Assembly (NCBI GenBank): GCA_046726275.1
Contig: JBKPAF010000040.1
Location: 174 to 64,173, forward strand
Length of the DNA stretch: 64,000 nucleotides
Source: Actinomycetota bacterium
GTDB lineage: Bacteria > Actinomycetota > UBA4738
Direction of reading: 5' to 3'
Notes under the pieces: generated by a model
Seen by the model: only the letters and a program-made list of their open reading frames with translations
Told to the model about the DNA's origin: nothing
Databases searched by the model: none
Program-made: the position numbers and the translations under genes
In this document: positions 56,600 to 64,000 of the stretch, piece after piece
How the letters are laid out: every line of letters begins with the position of its first letter
Position numbering within the stretch: the first letter of the stretch is position 1

Positions 56600-57622
56600 A
56601 TGCGATACCGACTTCTCGGCCGGAGTGGGCTGCGGGTGTCCGAGCTGGCGCTCGGCACGATGACCTTCGGCGAAGACTGGGGCTGGGGCGCGTCCAAGGA
56701 AGAGAGCCGCAAGATCCTCGATCGGTACGCAGAGGCCGGCGGCAACTTCATCGACACGGCAAACAACTACACGGACGGGACGAGCGAGCGCTTCCTCGGG
56801 GAGCTCCTGAGCACCGACCGCGATCACTTCGTCCTGGCCACGAAGTACTCGCTCACCGAGCGGCGGGAGGACCCCAACTTCGGTGGGAACCACCGCAAGA
56901 ACCTGATCCGGTCGCTGGAGGGAAGCCTTCAGCGACTGGCCACCGACCGTGTGGACCTGTTGTGGCTGCACATGTGGGACGGAATGACGCCGGTGAGCGA
57001 GGTCCTCCGGACGATGGACGATCTGGTGCGGGCGGGCAAGGTGCTGTACGTCGGGTTCTCCGACACGCCCGCGTGGGTCGTTGCTCAGGCAGTGACCGAG
57101 GCGGAGGTGCGTGGCTGGGTCAGGCCGGTCGGCATCCAGGCCCCCTACAGCGTGCTGGATCGGGGGGTGGAGCGGGACCTCCTGCCCATGGCCCGGGCGA
57201 ACGAGCTGGGTGTGACCGTGTGGGGGATGCTTGAAGGCGGCACGCTCACGGGCAAATACCGAGCTGCTGACCGCGGCCCCGCCCGCTACGAAGGAGCTTC
57301 GGAGAAGGAGCTTGCGGCGGGAGACGCCGTCGCCGAGCTGGCCGAGGAGGTCGGCCGGTCGCCGGCGCAAGTTGCCATCGGGTGGATCCGAGCCCGCCGA
57401 GATCTGGCCCAGATCATCCCCATCCTGGGTGCTCGAACCGTCGACCAGCTCGACGATGCGCTGGGCGTCCTGGAGGTCGAACTGACCGAAGATCAGGTCC
57501 GTCGGCTGGACGACGTGGCCCCGATCGACCTCGGGTTCCCCCATTCGTTCCTCGCTTCAGACCACGTGCGGGGGCTGATCTTCGGCGACACGTATCCCCT
57601 GATCGAGAACCACCGCACCTGA
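56600..57622 (+). CDS. aldo/keto reductase
   Basis: ATG 56600. MRYRLLGRSGLRVSELALGTMTFG and GNFIDTANNYTDGTSE are present. Confidence 0.9.
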   Translation: MRYRLLGRSGLRVSELALGTMTFGEDWGWGASKEESRKILDRYAEAGGNFIDTANNYTDGTSERFLGELLSTDRDHFVLATKYSLTERREDPNFGGNHRKNLIRSLEGSLQRLATDRVDLLWLHMWDGMTPVSEVLRTMDDLVRAGKVLYVGFSDTPAWVVAQAVTEAEVRGWVRPVGIQAPYSVLDRGVERDLLPMARANELGVTVWGMLEGGTLTGKYRAADRGPARYEGASEKELAAGDAVAELAEEVGRSPAQVAIGWIRARRDLAQIIPILGARTVDQLDDALGVLEVELTEDQVRRLDDVAPIDLGFPHSFLASDHVRGLIFGDTYPLIENHRT

Positions 57623-57696
57623 GCTAACCGGCGGCCAGCAGGCGATCGCCAAAGAGGAGCACGAGGAACCACCAACGGCGCGACGGCCGGTTGACC

Positions 57697-58851
57697 TCAG
57701 GACGTACTGGAATCGGGTGGGGGAACAGGTGTCTCGGCCGACACTCGCTCGAGGCGTTCGGCCAAGTGGGGCAGCCGAATACCGTTCGGGACCCATGCCA
57801 CTACCGGCAGGACCTCGGGGCAACGCTTCCTTGCCGCCCGACGAGCCTCTCCGGGGCTGACCCCAGTGCCCAGCAGCTCCCCATCCCAAAGTGCCACGAA
57901 CGAATCACCCGAGAGAGACGCACCCTGTTCGCGGATCCACCGCAGCGAATGTCGGAGCTGCGCCGCCTCTTCTTGCGACGGGGGCCCTGCCGCCTCGCCG
58001 GCCAGGCCTCTCCGATACTCCAGGACCGACCGCTCACCCCCTAAGCGTCGTCGCGAAGCCAGGTAATGCAGGGCCATCAGTGGACCGAGCGCCGCCATCG
58101 AGGGCACCCCAGTGGTGATAACGCCGGCAGAGACGAGGACGAAGAACACGGTGACCGTGGTGAGACCGAGGCAACCGGCGATCCACGCGGAGACCTTGCC
58201 GAACGCCTTGTACGAGACGAGGGTCCACAGGGTGAGCATCAACACGTCCCCCAGGCCGATCGGCGCACTGCTGGAGCCGTGTCCCCAGGAGAGGATCGGG
58301 GCCAAGGGGAGAGTACGCACCCGGGCGAAGAACTCGACCATGATCGGCAGCGTGATGGTGGCCACGAAGTCGTACACGGCCAGCGCGACACCGAACACCG
58401 CGACGTCTCTGGCTCTCATCCCGTTCTGCACGTACAGGTTGCAAACACCCACCACGCCGGCGGCGATAACCAGGTCATTCAGGGCGACGAAGACATGGAA
58501 CCCGGACCCGGACTGCCCGACGGCGTGGGCCACGATCACGTCCGCGACGACGATCGACGCCGCGGCGAGGAGCGGAATTGGGCGGGGAAGAACAGGGGCG
58601 AGAGTGAACTGGAGGACCGCCACGAAGACCATCCCCAGAACGACCGTTACCAGCCAGGTGGGCACCTTCAGGTACAGAGGGGGCAGAACCACCACCGCAA
58701 GCATCATGAACACGACATCTCTCAGGTTGTAGCGACCCACCGGTGGCCTGGCGATCCGCACGGTCCGAAAGTAGAGATGGGCGACGGCGATCGTCGCCAC
58801 GATCAGCGCTCCGACGACCAGAATGTTCACGGCGCTCGGGCTCGGCCTCAT
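57697..58851 (-). CDS. 9-TM membrane protein with YD / GLGD / PAL-like motifs plus ~115-aa soluble C-terminal domain (candidate GxGD intramembrane aspartyl protease)
   Basis: ORF track. The ATG overlaps the ligase stop (ATGA 58848-58851). Y160-D161 is in the 6th hydrophobic segment, G199-L-G-D202 opens the 7th, and P250..AALGPL258 is in the 9th. The CDS call is firm. The function is inference. Confidence 0.7.
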   Translation of the reverse strand: MRPSPSAVNILVVGALIVATIAVAHLYFRTVRIARPPVGRYNLRDVVFMMLAVVVLPPLYLKVPTWLVTVVLGMVFVAVLQFTLAPVLPRPIPLLAAASIVVADVIVAHAVGQSGSGFHVFVALNDLVIAAGVVGVCNLYVQNGMRARDVAVFGVALAVYDFVATITLPIMVEFFARVRTLPLAPILSWGHGSSSAPIGLGDVLMLTLWTLVSYKAFGKVSAWIAGCLGLTTVTVFFVLVSAGVITTGVPSMAALGPLMALHYLASRRRLGGERSVLEYRRGLAGEAAGPPSQEEAAQLRHSLRWIREQGASLSGDSFVALWDGELLGTGVSPGEARRAARKRCPEVLPVVAWVPNGIRLPHLAERLERVSAETPVPPPDSSTS

Positions 58852-60317
58852 TCGGCACTCCTCAACGGACGATGGCCGTTGTACCGAGCGAACGTCACCT
58901 CACGAAGGTCCGCCCGCACGGGCACCATCGGCGGCATGGTGACAAGCTCCTCGTGAAGATGAAGCGCGCGGAGCGGCAGCCCCTGCTCCGCCGCCCGCGC
59001 CTCGAGCCGCCGGGCGAGGCCCGCGCTTTGTCGGCGGACCAGGACGTGGAGGTCGACGCCGTCGCCAGCCGGATTCGCCGCATAGCGTAACGGCAAGGGG
59101 AGCTCCCGCTCGGACTCCAGGAGATCCAGGAAATCCCGGGTGAACAGGCGCCTGCCGTCGGCCTCCACGCTCATCCCCGCCTTGCCCAGCACCGAAGAGG
59201 CTGCGGGCATGGCCCGAAGCTCGCACGTCAACGCGTCCTGGTCGAGGGCACGGACGACGTCTCCGGTGACATAGCGGAACAGCAGGGTCGTCTCCCGATA
59301 CGGGAAGAACGGCGTTCCTACCAATGTGCCCGCCTGCCCCGGAGCGACGGCACGATAAGAATCGAGGTCCAGGACTTCCGCCAGACCCTGCTCCGGGGTG
59401 AGATGGATGTGTCCCTGGCTGCACGTCAATCCGCCCATCGGAAAGATCTCGGTCATCAGGTACCCCTCGACCACGGGCGCTCCGAACAGCTCCTCCGCTC
59501 GCATCGCAAGTCCCCGGGACAGGACCTCTCCTCCGCACACGATGCGCTCCAAGCCGAAGTCGCCCGGCCCGTACCCCAGGCGTTCGCCCGCATCAACCAG
59601 GGCGCCCAGGTAGCTCGGATACACGGTCAGCACGCTGACCTGCGGTTTCTTCCCCGGCAGGTGCACAGGAGCAGCCAGCCTCGACAGGGACACTTCTGGC
59701 TCGATCTGACCGACCGGGCAGCACGCGGTGCCGATCAACTGGCATCCCTCGATGGTGATAAGCACTGCGATGGAAGCCCGCGAGCTGATGCTTACCTGGA
59801 GCACGTCCTCGGGCCCGTAGGCCATCGTGACCAGCGAGGCAATGGCTCCCAAAGCGATCCCGATGTCGATCTCGTACTTCGAGAACCACACTGCGGTTGG
59901 GTGACCTGTTGTCCCCGTTGTGAGAGCGAGGAACGTGGGCCTGGCGTTTCGGCTCACGAAGGACTCGGGCATGGCCCGGAGGTCTTCCTTCGGGGTCACC
60001 GGCAGCTCGGCCAGGCCATCCAGGTTCACATCATCCGGAGAGAGTCCGATCCGATCGAACAGCTCCCGGTAATAGGGCGTCGACTCGTATGCCATCCGGG
60101 CCATCCCGCGGAGTCTTCGCTCGTTCACCAGCCGGCGAGACTCGGGTGAGAGCCCGCCGCCCCGAAGGAGGTCGACCTGCTCCCGGTCGAGCGGGCCGAA
60201 TTCCGCCTGCGTGGCCAGGATGTCCTGGATCAGTCGGTGAAGGTCCGCGACGCGGATCCGCTTACCGAAAGCCAGCGAGAGACCGTATCGAAGCTGGGTT
60301 AGCGCCGTCTCGAGCAT
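58848..60317 (-). CDS. phenylacetate-CoA ligase / coenzyme F390 synthetase-like adenylate-forming enzyme
   Basis: ORF 58848..60389 trimmed to ATG 60317. TTGTTGHPT (AMP-binding P-loop), GYLMTE and YVTGDVV blocks are present, with a PaaK-like length and layout. Confidence 0.8.
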   Translation of the reverse strand: MLETALTQLRYGLSLAFGKRIRVADLHRLIQDILATQAEFGPLDREQVDLLRGGGLSPESRRLVNERRLRGMARMAYESTPYYRELFDRIGLSPDDVNLDGLAELPVTPKEDLRAMPESFVSRNARPTFLALTTGTTGHPTAVWFSKYEIDIGIALGAIASLVTMAYGPEDVLQVSISSRASIAVLITIEGCQLIGTACCPVGQIEPEVSLSRLAAPVHLPGKKPQVSVLTVYPSYLGALVDAGERLGYGPGDFGLERIVCGGEVLSRGLAMRAEELFGAPVVEGYLMTEIFPMGGLTCSQGHIHLTPEQGLAEVLDLDSYRAVAPGQAGTLVGTPFFPYRETTLLFRYVTGDVVRALDQDALTCELRAMPAASSVLGKAGMSVEADGRRLFTRDFLDLLESERELPLPLRYAANPAGDGVDLHVLVRRQSAGLARRLEARAAEQGLPLRALHLHEELVTMPPMVPVRADLREVTFARYNGHRPLRSAE

Positions 60318-60404
60318 GGCAGGCGATGCTCCACCGTGAAGGGACCGATGCCCCGGTGGAGCGTGAGGGTCCGAACTCCGCCGAGGCACCGGGCCAAGAG
60401 CGCT

Positions 60405-60423
60405 CTCCCCCCTGGGGGGGAGG
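60405..60423 (-). other. G/C hairpin (8-bp stem, 3-nt loop) between the small ORF and the ligase gene
   Basis: CTCCCCCC (60405-12), TGG, GGGGGGAG (60416-23), read directly. There is no U-tract, so it is not a canonical intrinsic terminator. Confidence 0.3.
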
Positions 60424-60433
60424 GTCAGACGGA
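60422..60433. repeat. 12-nt direct repeat copy 1 (AGGGTCAGACGG)
   Basis: An exact copy of the same 12-mer occurs at 60566-60577. The two copies bracket the small ORF and its SD. Confidence 0.6.
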
Positions 60434-60439
60434 GGCCGT

Positions 60440-60514
60440 CAGACCTGGTGGTACATGACCGATGTCAAAGCGCTCAACGCGAACTTCACGTACTCGCGAG
60501 CAACTCTGAGCATC
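60440..60514 (-). CDS. candidate 24-codon ORF (MLRVAREYVKFALSALTSVMYHQV) upstream of the ligase operon
   Basis: ATG 60514 lies 8 nt after AGGAGG within GGAAAGGAGGTG, with TGA at 60440-42. It has no homology support and may be a leader peptide or fortuitous. Confidence 0.25.
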
Positions 60515-60565
60515 AGAGGCACCTCCTTTCCGGGATGGGAGGCGGCCGACTACTCTGGTAGCACA

Positions 60566-60577
60566 GGGTCAGACGGC
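60566..60577. repeat. 12-nt direct repeat copy 2 (AGGGTCAGACGG)
   Basis: See copy 1. It lies 18 nt downstream of the ALDH stop on the minus strand. Confidence 0.6.
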
Positions 60578-60594
60578 GGTCAAATCCTCACCGT

Positions 60595-62019
60595 CTACAA
60601 GGGGACGTTCGAAAGGACCATGATCCTCGGCTCGGTCATCTCCTCCATCGCGTACCGTAGCCCCTCTCGCCCGTACCCAGATTCCTTGGAGCCTCCATAC
60701 GGCATCTGGTCCGCTCGGAACGCGGACATGTCGTTCACGATCACCCCGCCCACCTCGAGCTCGCGGTGGGCCAGCATGGCTCGCTCGATGGATGACGTGA
60801 ACACCCCGGCCTGAAGCCCGTAGGGCGTGCTGTTCACCTCGGACAGTGCTTCCTCGAACGTCTGGTATGGCTGAACGGTGATGACTGGCCCGAAGACCTC
60901 CTCGCACCGCACCTTCATCTCCGGCGTGGTGTTCGCCAGGATCGTGGGGACGTACACCGGTCCTTCCCGGCGGCCTCCCGTCAGGAGCTCGGCGCCCTGG
61001 GCCACCGCCTCGTCGACCCATACCTCCACCCGTTCCACGGCGCCCGCATCGATCAGCGGCCCCACGTCCACCGTCGGATCCATGGGGTCCCCCACCTTCA
61101 AGCTTTCCACCTGCTTGACCAGCCTGGCGACGAAGTCGTCGTAGACCTCGGACTGGATCAAGACCCGCTGCACCGAGATGCAGGACTGCCCGGCCTGATA
61201 GAAGCCGCCGATGGCGATCCGCTGGGCGGCGTGATCGAGGTCGGCGTCGTAGTGCACGATGACGCCAGCGTTGCCGCCGAGCTCGAGCGTGACGTGCTTT
61301 CGCGGATCCAGGCCCTTCAATCTCCACCCGATTCCGGAGCCGGTGAACGTGAACTTCTTGAACCGGCGATCCTCGACCAGCTTCTGGGCCCGTTCGCTCG
61401 AGATGGGCAGGACCGAGAGCATCCCTTTCGGCAGGTCCGTCTCGTCGAAGAGCTCGGCCAGGGCCAGCGCTCCCAGAGGGGTCACCCCGGCGGGCTTCAC
61501 CACGATGGGGGCTCCGACCGCCAAGGCCGGAGCGATCTTGTGCGCCACGAGGTTCACCGGGAAGTTGAACGGGGAGATCCCGATCACCGGACCGAACGGA
61601 AACCTCCGGACGATGCCGGCGCGGCTGCCCAGGCTCGGCTCGGTGTCCAGCGGCAGGAACTCCCCTCCGAAGCGGCGCGCCTCCTCGGCGGCCCACCGAA
61701 ACGTTGAGACCGACCTGCTCACCTCGACCTTGGACCACTTGATGGGCTTGCCGCCCTCCCGCGCGACGATCTCGGCGATCTCGTCCACCCGCTCGCCGAT
61801 CCGGCGCGAGATGTGCATCAGGCCCTCCGACCGGGCGTGGGTCGGCAGATGCCTCGACTCTTTGAAGGTCCGGGCGGCGCTGGAGACGGCTTCCTCCACG
61901 TCGGCGTCCGTGGGAACGCCCAGTTCGGCCACCACACTTCCGTCCCAGGGGCTCTTGACCTCCAACGTCCCCTGGCCGGTCCGCCAATCCCCTGCGATGT
62001 AGTAGGGCTTCGCCGTCAT
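60595..62019 (-). CDS. NAD(P)-dependent aldehyde dehydrogenase
   Basis: ORF track. FPFGPVIGISPFNFP, ELGGNAG and YQAGQSCIS (catalytic Cys) are present. Confidence 0.9.
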   Translation of the reverse strand: MTAKPYYIAGDWRTGQGTLEVKSPWDGSVVAELGVPTDADVEEAVSSAARTFKESRHLPTHARSEGLMHISRRIGERVDEIAEIVAREGGKPIKWSKVEVSRSVSTFRWAAEEARRFGGEFLPLDTEPSLGSRAGIVRRFPFGPVIGISPFNFPVNLVAHKIAPALAVGAPIVVKPAGVTPLGALALAELFDETDLPKGMLSVLPISSERAQKLVEDRRFKKFTFTGSGIGWRLKGLDPRKHVTLELGGNAGVIVHYDADLDHAAQRIAIGGFYQAGQSCISVQRVLIQSEVYDDFVARLVKQVESLKVGDPMDPTVDVGPLIDAGAVERVEVWVDEAVAQGAELLTGGRREGPVYVPTILANTTPEMKVRCEEVFGPVITVQPYQTFEEALSEVNSTPYGLQAGVFTSSIERAMLAHRELEVGGVIVNDMSAFRADQMPYGGSKESGYGREGLRYAMEEMTEPRIMVLSNVPL

Positions 62020-62035
62020 CGATAGAGGCCCTCGT

Positions 62036-63493
62036 TCAGTCGATCGCCGCCATCACGTGCTTCATGTTCGTGTACTCCTCGATCGAGTAGATCGACATGT
62101 CTTTCCCGTATCCACTCTGTTTGTAGCCCCCGTGCGGCATCTCCGGAGTGAGAGGGATGTGGGTATTGATCCACACGGTTCCGAACCGGAGCCTCCGGGC
62201 GGCGTTCAGGGCCCGGCCCACGTCTCGGGTCCAGACCGATGCAGCTAGTCCGTACTCGACGTCGTTTGCCCACGAGAGCGCCTGTCCGTCGTCGTCGAAC
62301 CGCTGGACGGTCACGACCGGACCGAACACCTCGCGCTTGACGATCTCGGCGTCCTGTCCCACACCGGTGATCACGGTGGGCTTGAAGAAGAAGCCCGGCC
62401 CCTGGATCGGCTCCCCGCCCGTGAGGATCCTGGCCCCGCCCGCCCTGGCCCGGTCCACGAAGCCGCTCACCCGTTCGAACTGCTCCTTCGACACCACCGG
62501 GCCCATCTCCGTGTCGTCCTTCTGCGGGTCCCCCACGACCAGCGCCTCGACCGCCGGTACGAGGTTCTCGAGGAGGGCGTCGTAGATGCCGGGCCCCGCC
62601 AGGACCCGCGTGGCGGCCGTGCAGTCCTGTCCGGAGTTGAAGTACCCGGCGATCTTGATCCACTCCACCGAGGACTCCAGGCTCGCGTCGTCGAAGACGA
62701 TGACGGGAGCCTTGCCGCCCAGTTCCAGGTGCACTCGCTTCAGGCTGTCGGCGGCGGCGCGGGCAACCTCCTTTCCCGTCGTGACCTCGCCGGTGAGCGA
62801 CACCATGCCCACGTTCGGATGCTTGACGATGGCGGCGCCGGCCGGCACGCCGTCACCCGTGATCACGTTGAAGACGCCCGGCGGGAAAATGTCCGCGGCC
62901 AGCTCGGCCACGCGAAGCAGGGAGAGCGGAGTCCATTCGGAGGGCTTGATCACGACGGTGTTGCCCGCCGCCAGCGCCGGGCCGAACTTCCAGATGGCCA
63001 TCCACAGTGGATAGTTCCAGGGCGCGATCAGCCCCACGACCCCGATCGGCTCACGCCGCAGCATGCTGGTGTACATAGTGGAGTCGGCCTTGAAATACTC
63101 GCCGGCCGCTCGGCCCTCCATGACGCGGGCCGCGCCGGCGAAGAATCGCACGTGGTCGGTCATGACCGGCATCTCGTCCTGCATGACCGAACCGAACGGC
63201 TTGCCGACGTTCTCGGACTCGATCCGCCCGATCTCCTCGGCGTTCGCGTCGATGGCGTCGGCGAGCTTCAGCATCATCGCCTGCCGTTCACCCGGCGTGG
63301 TGTCGAACCACACCTCGTCGAACGCCCTGCCCGCGGCGGCGACGGCTCGATTCACGTCCTCCTCGGTTCCACGGGGAATCTCCGCAATGACCTCGCCGGT
63401 GGCCGGATTGACGACCGGGAGCGATTCATCTCCCGCGGAATCGACCCATTCGCCACCGATGAACATCTCGTGCCGCTTCACCGAAGTCGCCAT
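62036..63493 (-). CDS. aldehyde dehydrogenase (aminobutyraldehyde/betaine-aldehyde dehydrogenase-like)
   Basis: ORF track. [23 protein letters not shown] and FNSGQDCTA are present. Confidence 0.9.
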   Translation of the reverse strand: MATSVKRHEMFIGGEWVDSAGDESLPVVNPATGEVIAEIPRGTEEDVNRAVAAAGRAFDEVWFDTTPGERQAMMLKLADAIDANAEEIGRIESENVGKPFGSVMQDEMPVMTDHVRFFAGAARVMEGRAAGEYFKADSTMYTSMLRREPIGVVGLIAPWNYPLWMAIWKFGPALAAGNTVVIKPSEWTPLSLLRVAELAADIFPPGVFNVITGDGVPAGAAIVKHPNVGMVSLTGEVTTGKEVARAAADSLKRVHLELGGKAPVIVFDDASLESSVEWIKIAGYFNSGQDCTAATRVLAGPGIYDALLENLVPAVEALVVGDPQKDDTEMGPVVSKEQFERVSGFVDRARAGGARILTGGEPIQGPGFFFKPTVITGVGQDAEIVKREVFGPVVTVQRFDDDGQALSWANDVEYGLAASVWTRDVGRALNAARRLRFGTVWINTHIPLTPEMPHGGYKQSGYGKDMSIYSIEEYTNMKHVMAAID

Positions 63494-63609
63494 GACGCCC
63501 TCCAGTCCCGTCTGGACCTCGAGTTCTCAAGGCTATCCCTTCGGCGAGGGCGTGGCGATGCGAAAACGCCCAAGCGCCGCGGCGCGTTTGTACGGGGGGA
63601 ACAAGCCTC

Positions 63610-64000
63610 CTAGGAGGTCTCGTCGTCCTCCCGGTCGGTGATCTGCTCCTCCGTGGGATCCTCCGGCTCGGCGGCTTCGTCGCTCGAGATGAACTCGGGG
63701 ATCATGATCTCGAAGCCTTCCGAGCGGCCGAGCAGATCGTCGGCCTGAGGGTCCTCGCCTGTCGTGCTCAGGGACAGGTCCACCACGTCCTCAGTCGGAT
63801 ACGCGGCCTGGGCGACGGCCATGGCCACTTCGAGCTGCTGGACCACGGTCACCATGTGTTCCTTCGTGGCCTGCAGCTCGGCTACCACAGCGTCGCGACT
63901 CGCCGTGAGCCCGCCGAGCACCCGGTCCCGGTCGGACTCGGCCTGACGGAGGACCTCCATGGCCTGCTGACGCAGGCGCTCGGACTCGGCCTCTGATTCG
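63610..64000 (-). CDS. coiled-coil protein with acidic C-terminus (possibly DivIVA-like), 5' end outside window
   Basis: The frame stays open upstream of ATG 63960 to the window edge (...ESEAESERLRQQAMEVLRQAESDRDR...). It has heptad-like Glu/Arg/Gln-rich composition. Confidence 0.45.
   Translation of the reverse strand, partial: ESEAESERLRQQAMEVLRQAESDRDRVLGGLTASRDAVVAELQATKEHMVTVVQQLEVAMAVAQAAYPTEDVVDLSLSTTGEDPQADDLLGRSEGFEIMIPEFISSDEAAEPEDPTEEQITDREDDETS

Noticed and set aside
60089-60814. 241-aa plus-strand ORF spanning the ligase 5' end, the intergenic leader and the ALDH 3' end
   Set aside because: It crosses a clearly non-coding, lower-GC spacer and is antisense to two well-supported genes. 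No family resemblance was found.
63560-63600. GCGCCGCGGCGC palindrome flanked by AAACGC/GCGTTT, considered as an intrinsic terminator after the coiled-coil gene
   Set aside because: The stem is short, and on the transcribed (minus) strand only a brief TTTTC follows. It is too weak to call.
1-64000. Scan for tRNA/rRNA genes, CRISPR arrays, IS/transposase, integrase, prophage or toxin-antitoxin modules
   Set aside because: No intergenic space shows tRNA-like cloverleaf arms, regularly spaced repeats or terminal inverted repeats. No ORF has transposase, integrase or phage hallmarks. The only rearrangement signs are the truncated DHFR-family gene and the SRPBCC frameshift.

Overview
This is a GC-rich, very gene-dense chromosomal segment that reads like an Actinomycetota-type genome. 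Supporting signs are F420-linked LLM oxidoreductases plus an FrhB-like protein, a 7Fe ferredoxin, DinB-like and VOC proteins, a cbs/cystathionine-gamma-lyase pair, and frequent ATGA/GTGA start-stop overlaps. I can support about 65 protein-coding genes on both strands, two gene remnants or frameshifts, and a few candidate regulatory elements. I found no rRNA, tRNA, CRISPR array, transposase, integrase or phage gene. In order, the window contains: redox/detox housekeeping genes (1-5.5 kb); an orphan GAF sensor kinase; envelope genes (DUF2207, MBOAT + SGNH/DUF459); fumC; an ECF sigma factor translationally coupled to a membrane-anchored beta-propeller with Cys-loop repeats; a VOC / FAD-oxidase / thioesterase / MsrB / M20 / MOSC stretch; an ArsR-MFS pair; an IPCT/DIPPS-like bifunctional CDP-alcohol enzyme next to a truncated gene; a UvrD-like helicase; a HisKA_3 kinase - REC-EAL - REC operon; cbs-DUF429-cgl; F420/ferredoxin genes; and a polyamine uptake/catabolism cluster (agmatinase, class III aminotransferase, PotABCD-like transporter, two aldehyde dehydrogenases). 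The polyamine cluster is interrupted by a GAF kinase/NarL pair and by the most unusual locus in the window. That locus is a PaaK/F390-synthetase-like adenylating enzyme translationally coupled to a 9-TM protein with a YD ... GLGD ... PAL-like motif layout, the signature of GxGD intramembrane aspartyl proteases. It is preceded by an atypical leader carrying an SD-preceded 24-codon ORF flanked by 12-nt direct repeats. All functional calls come from recognising motifs and families by eye. No database search or folding program was run.
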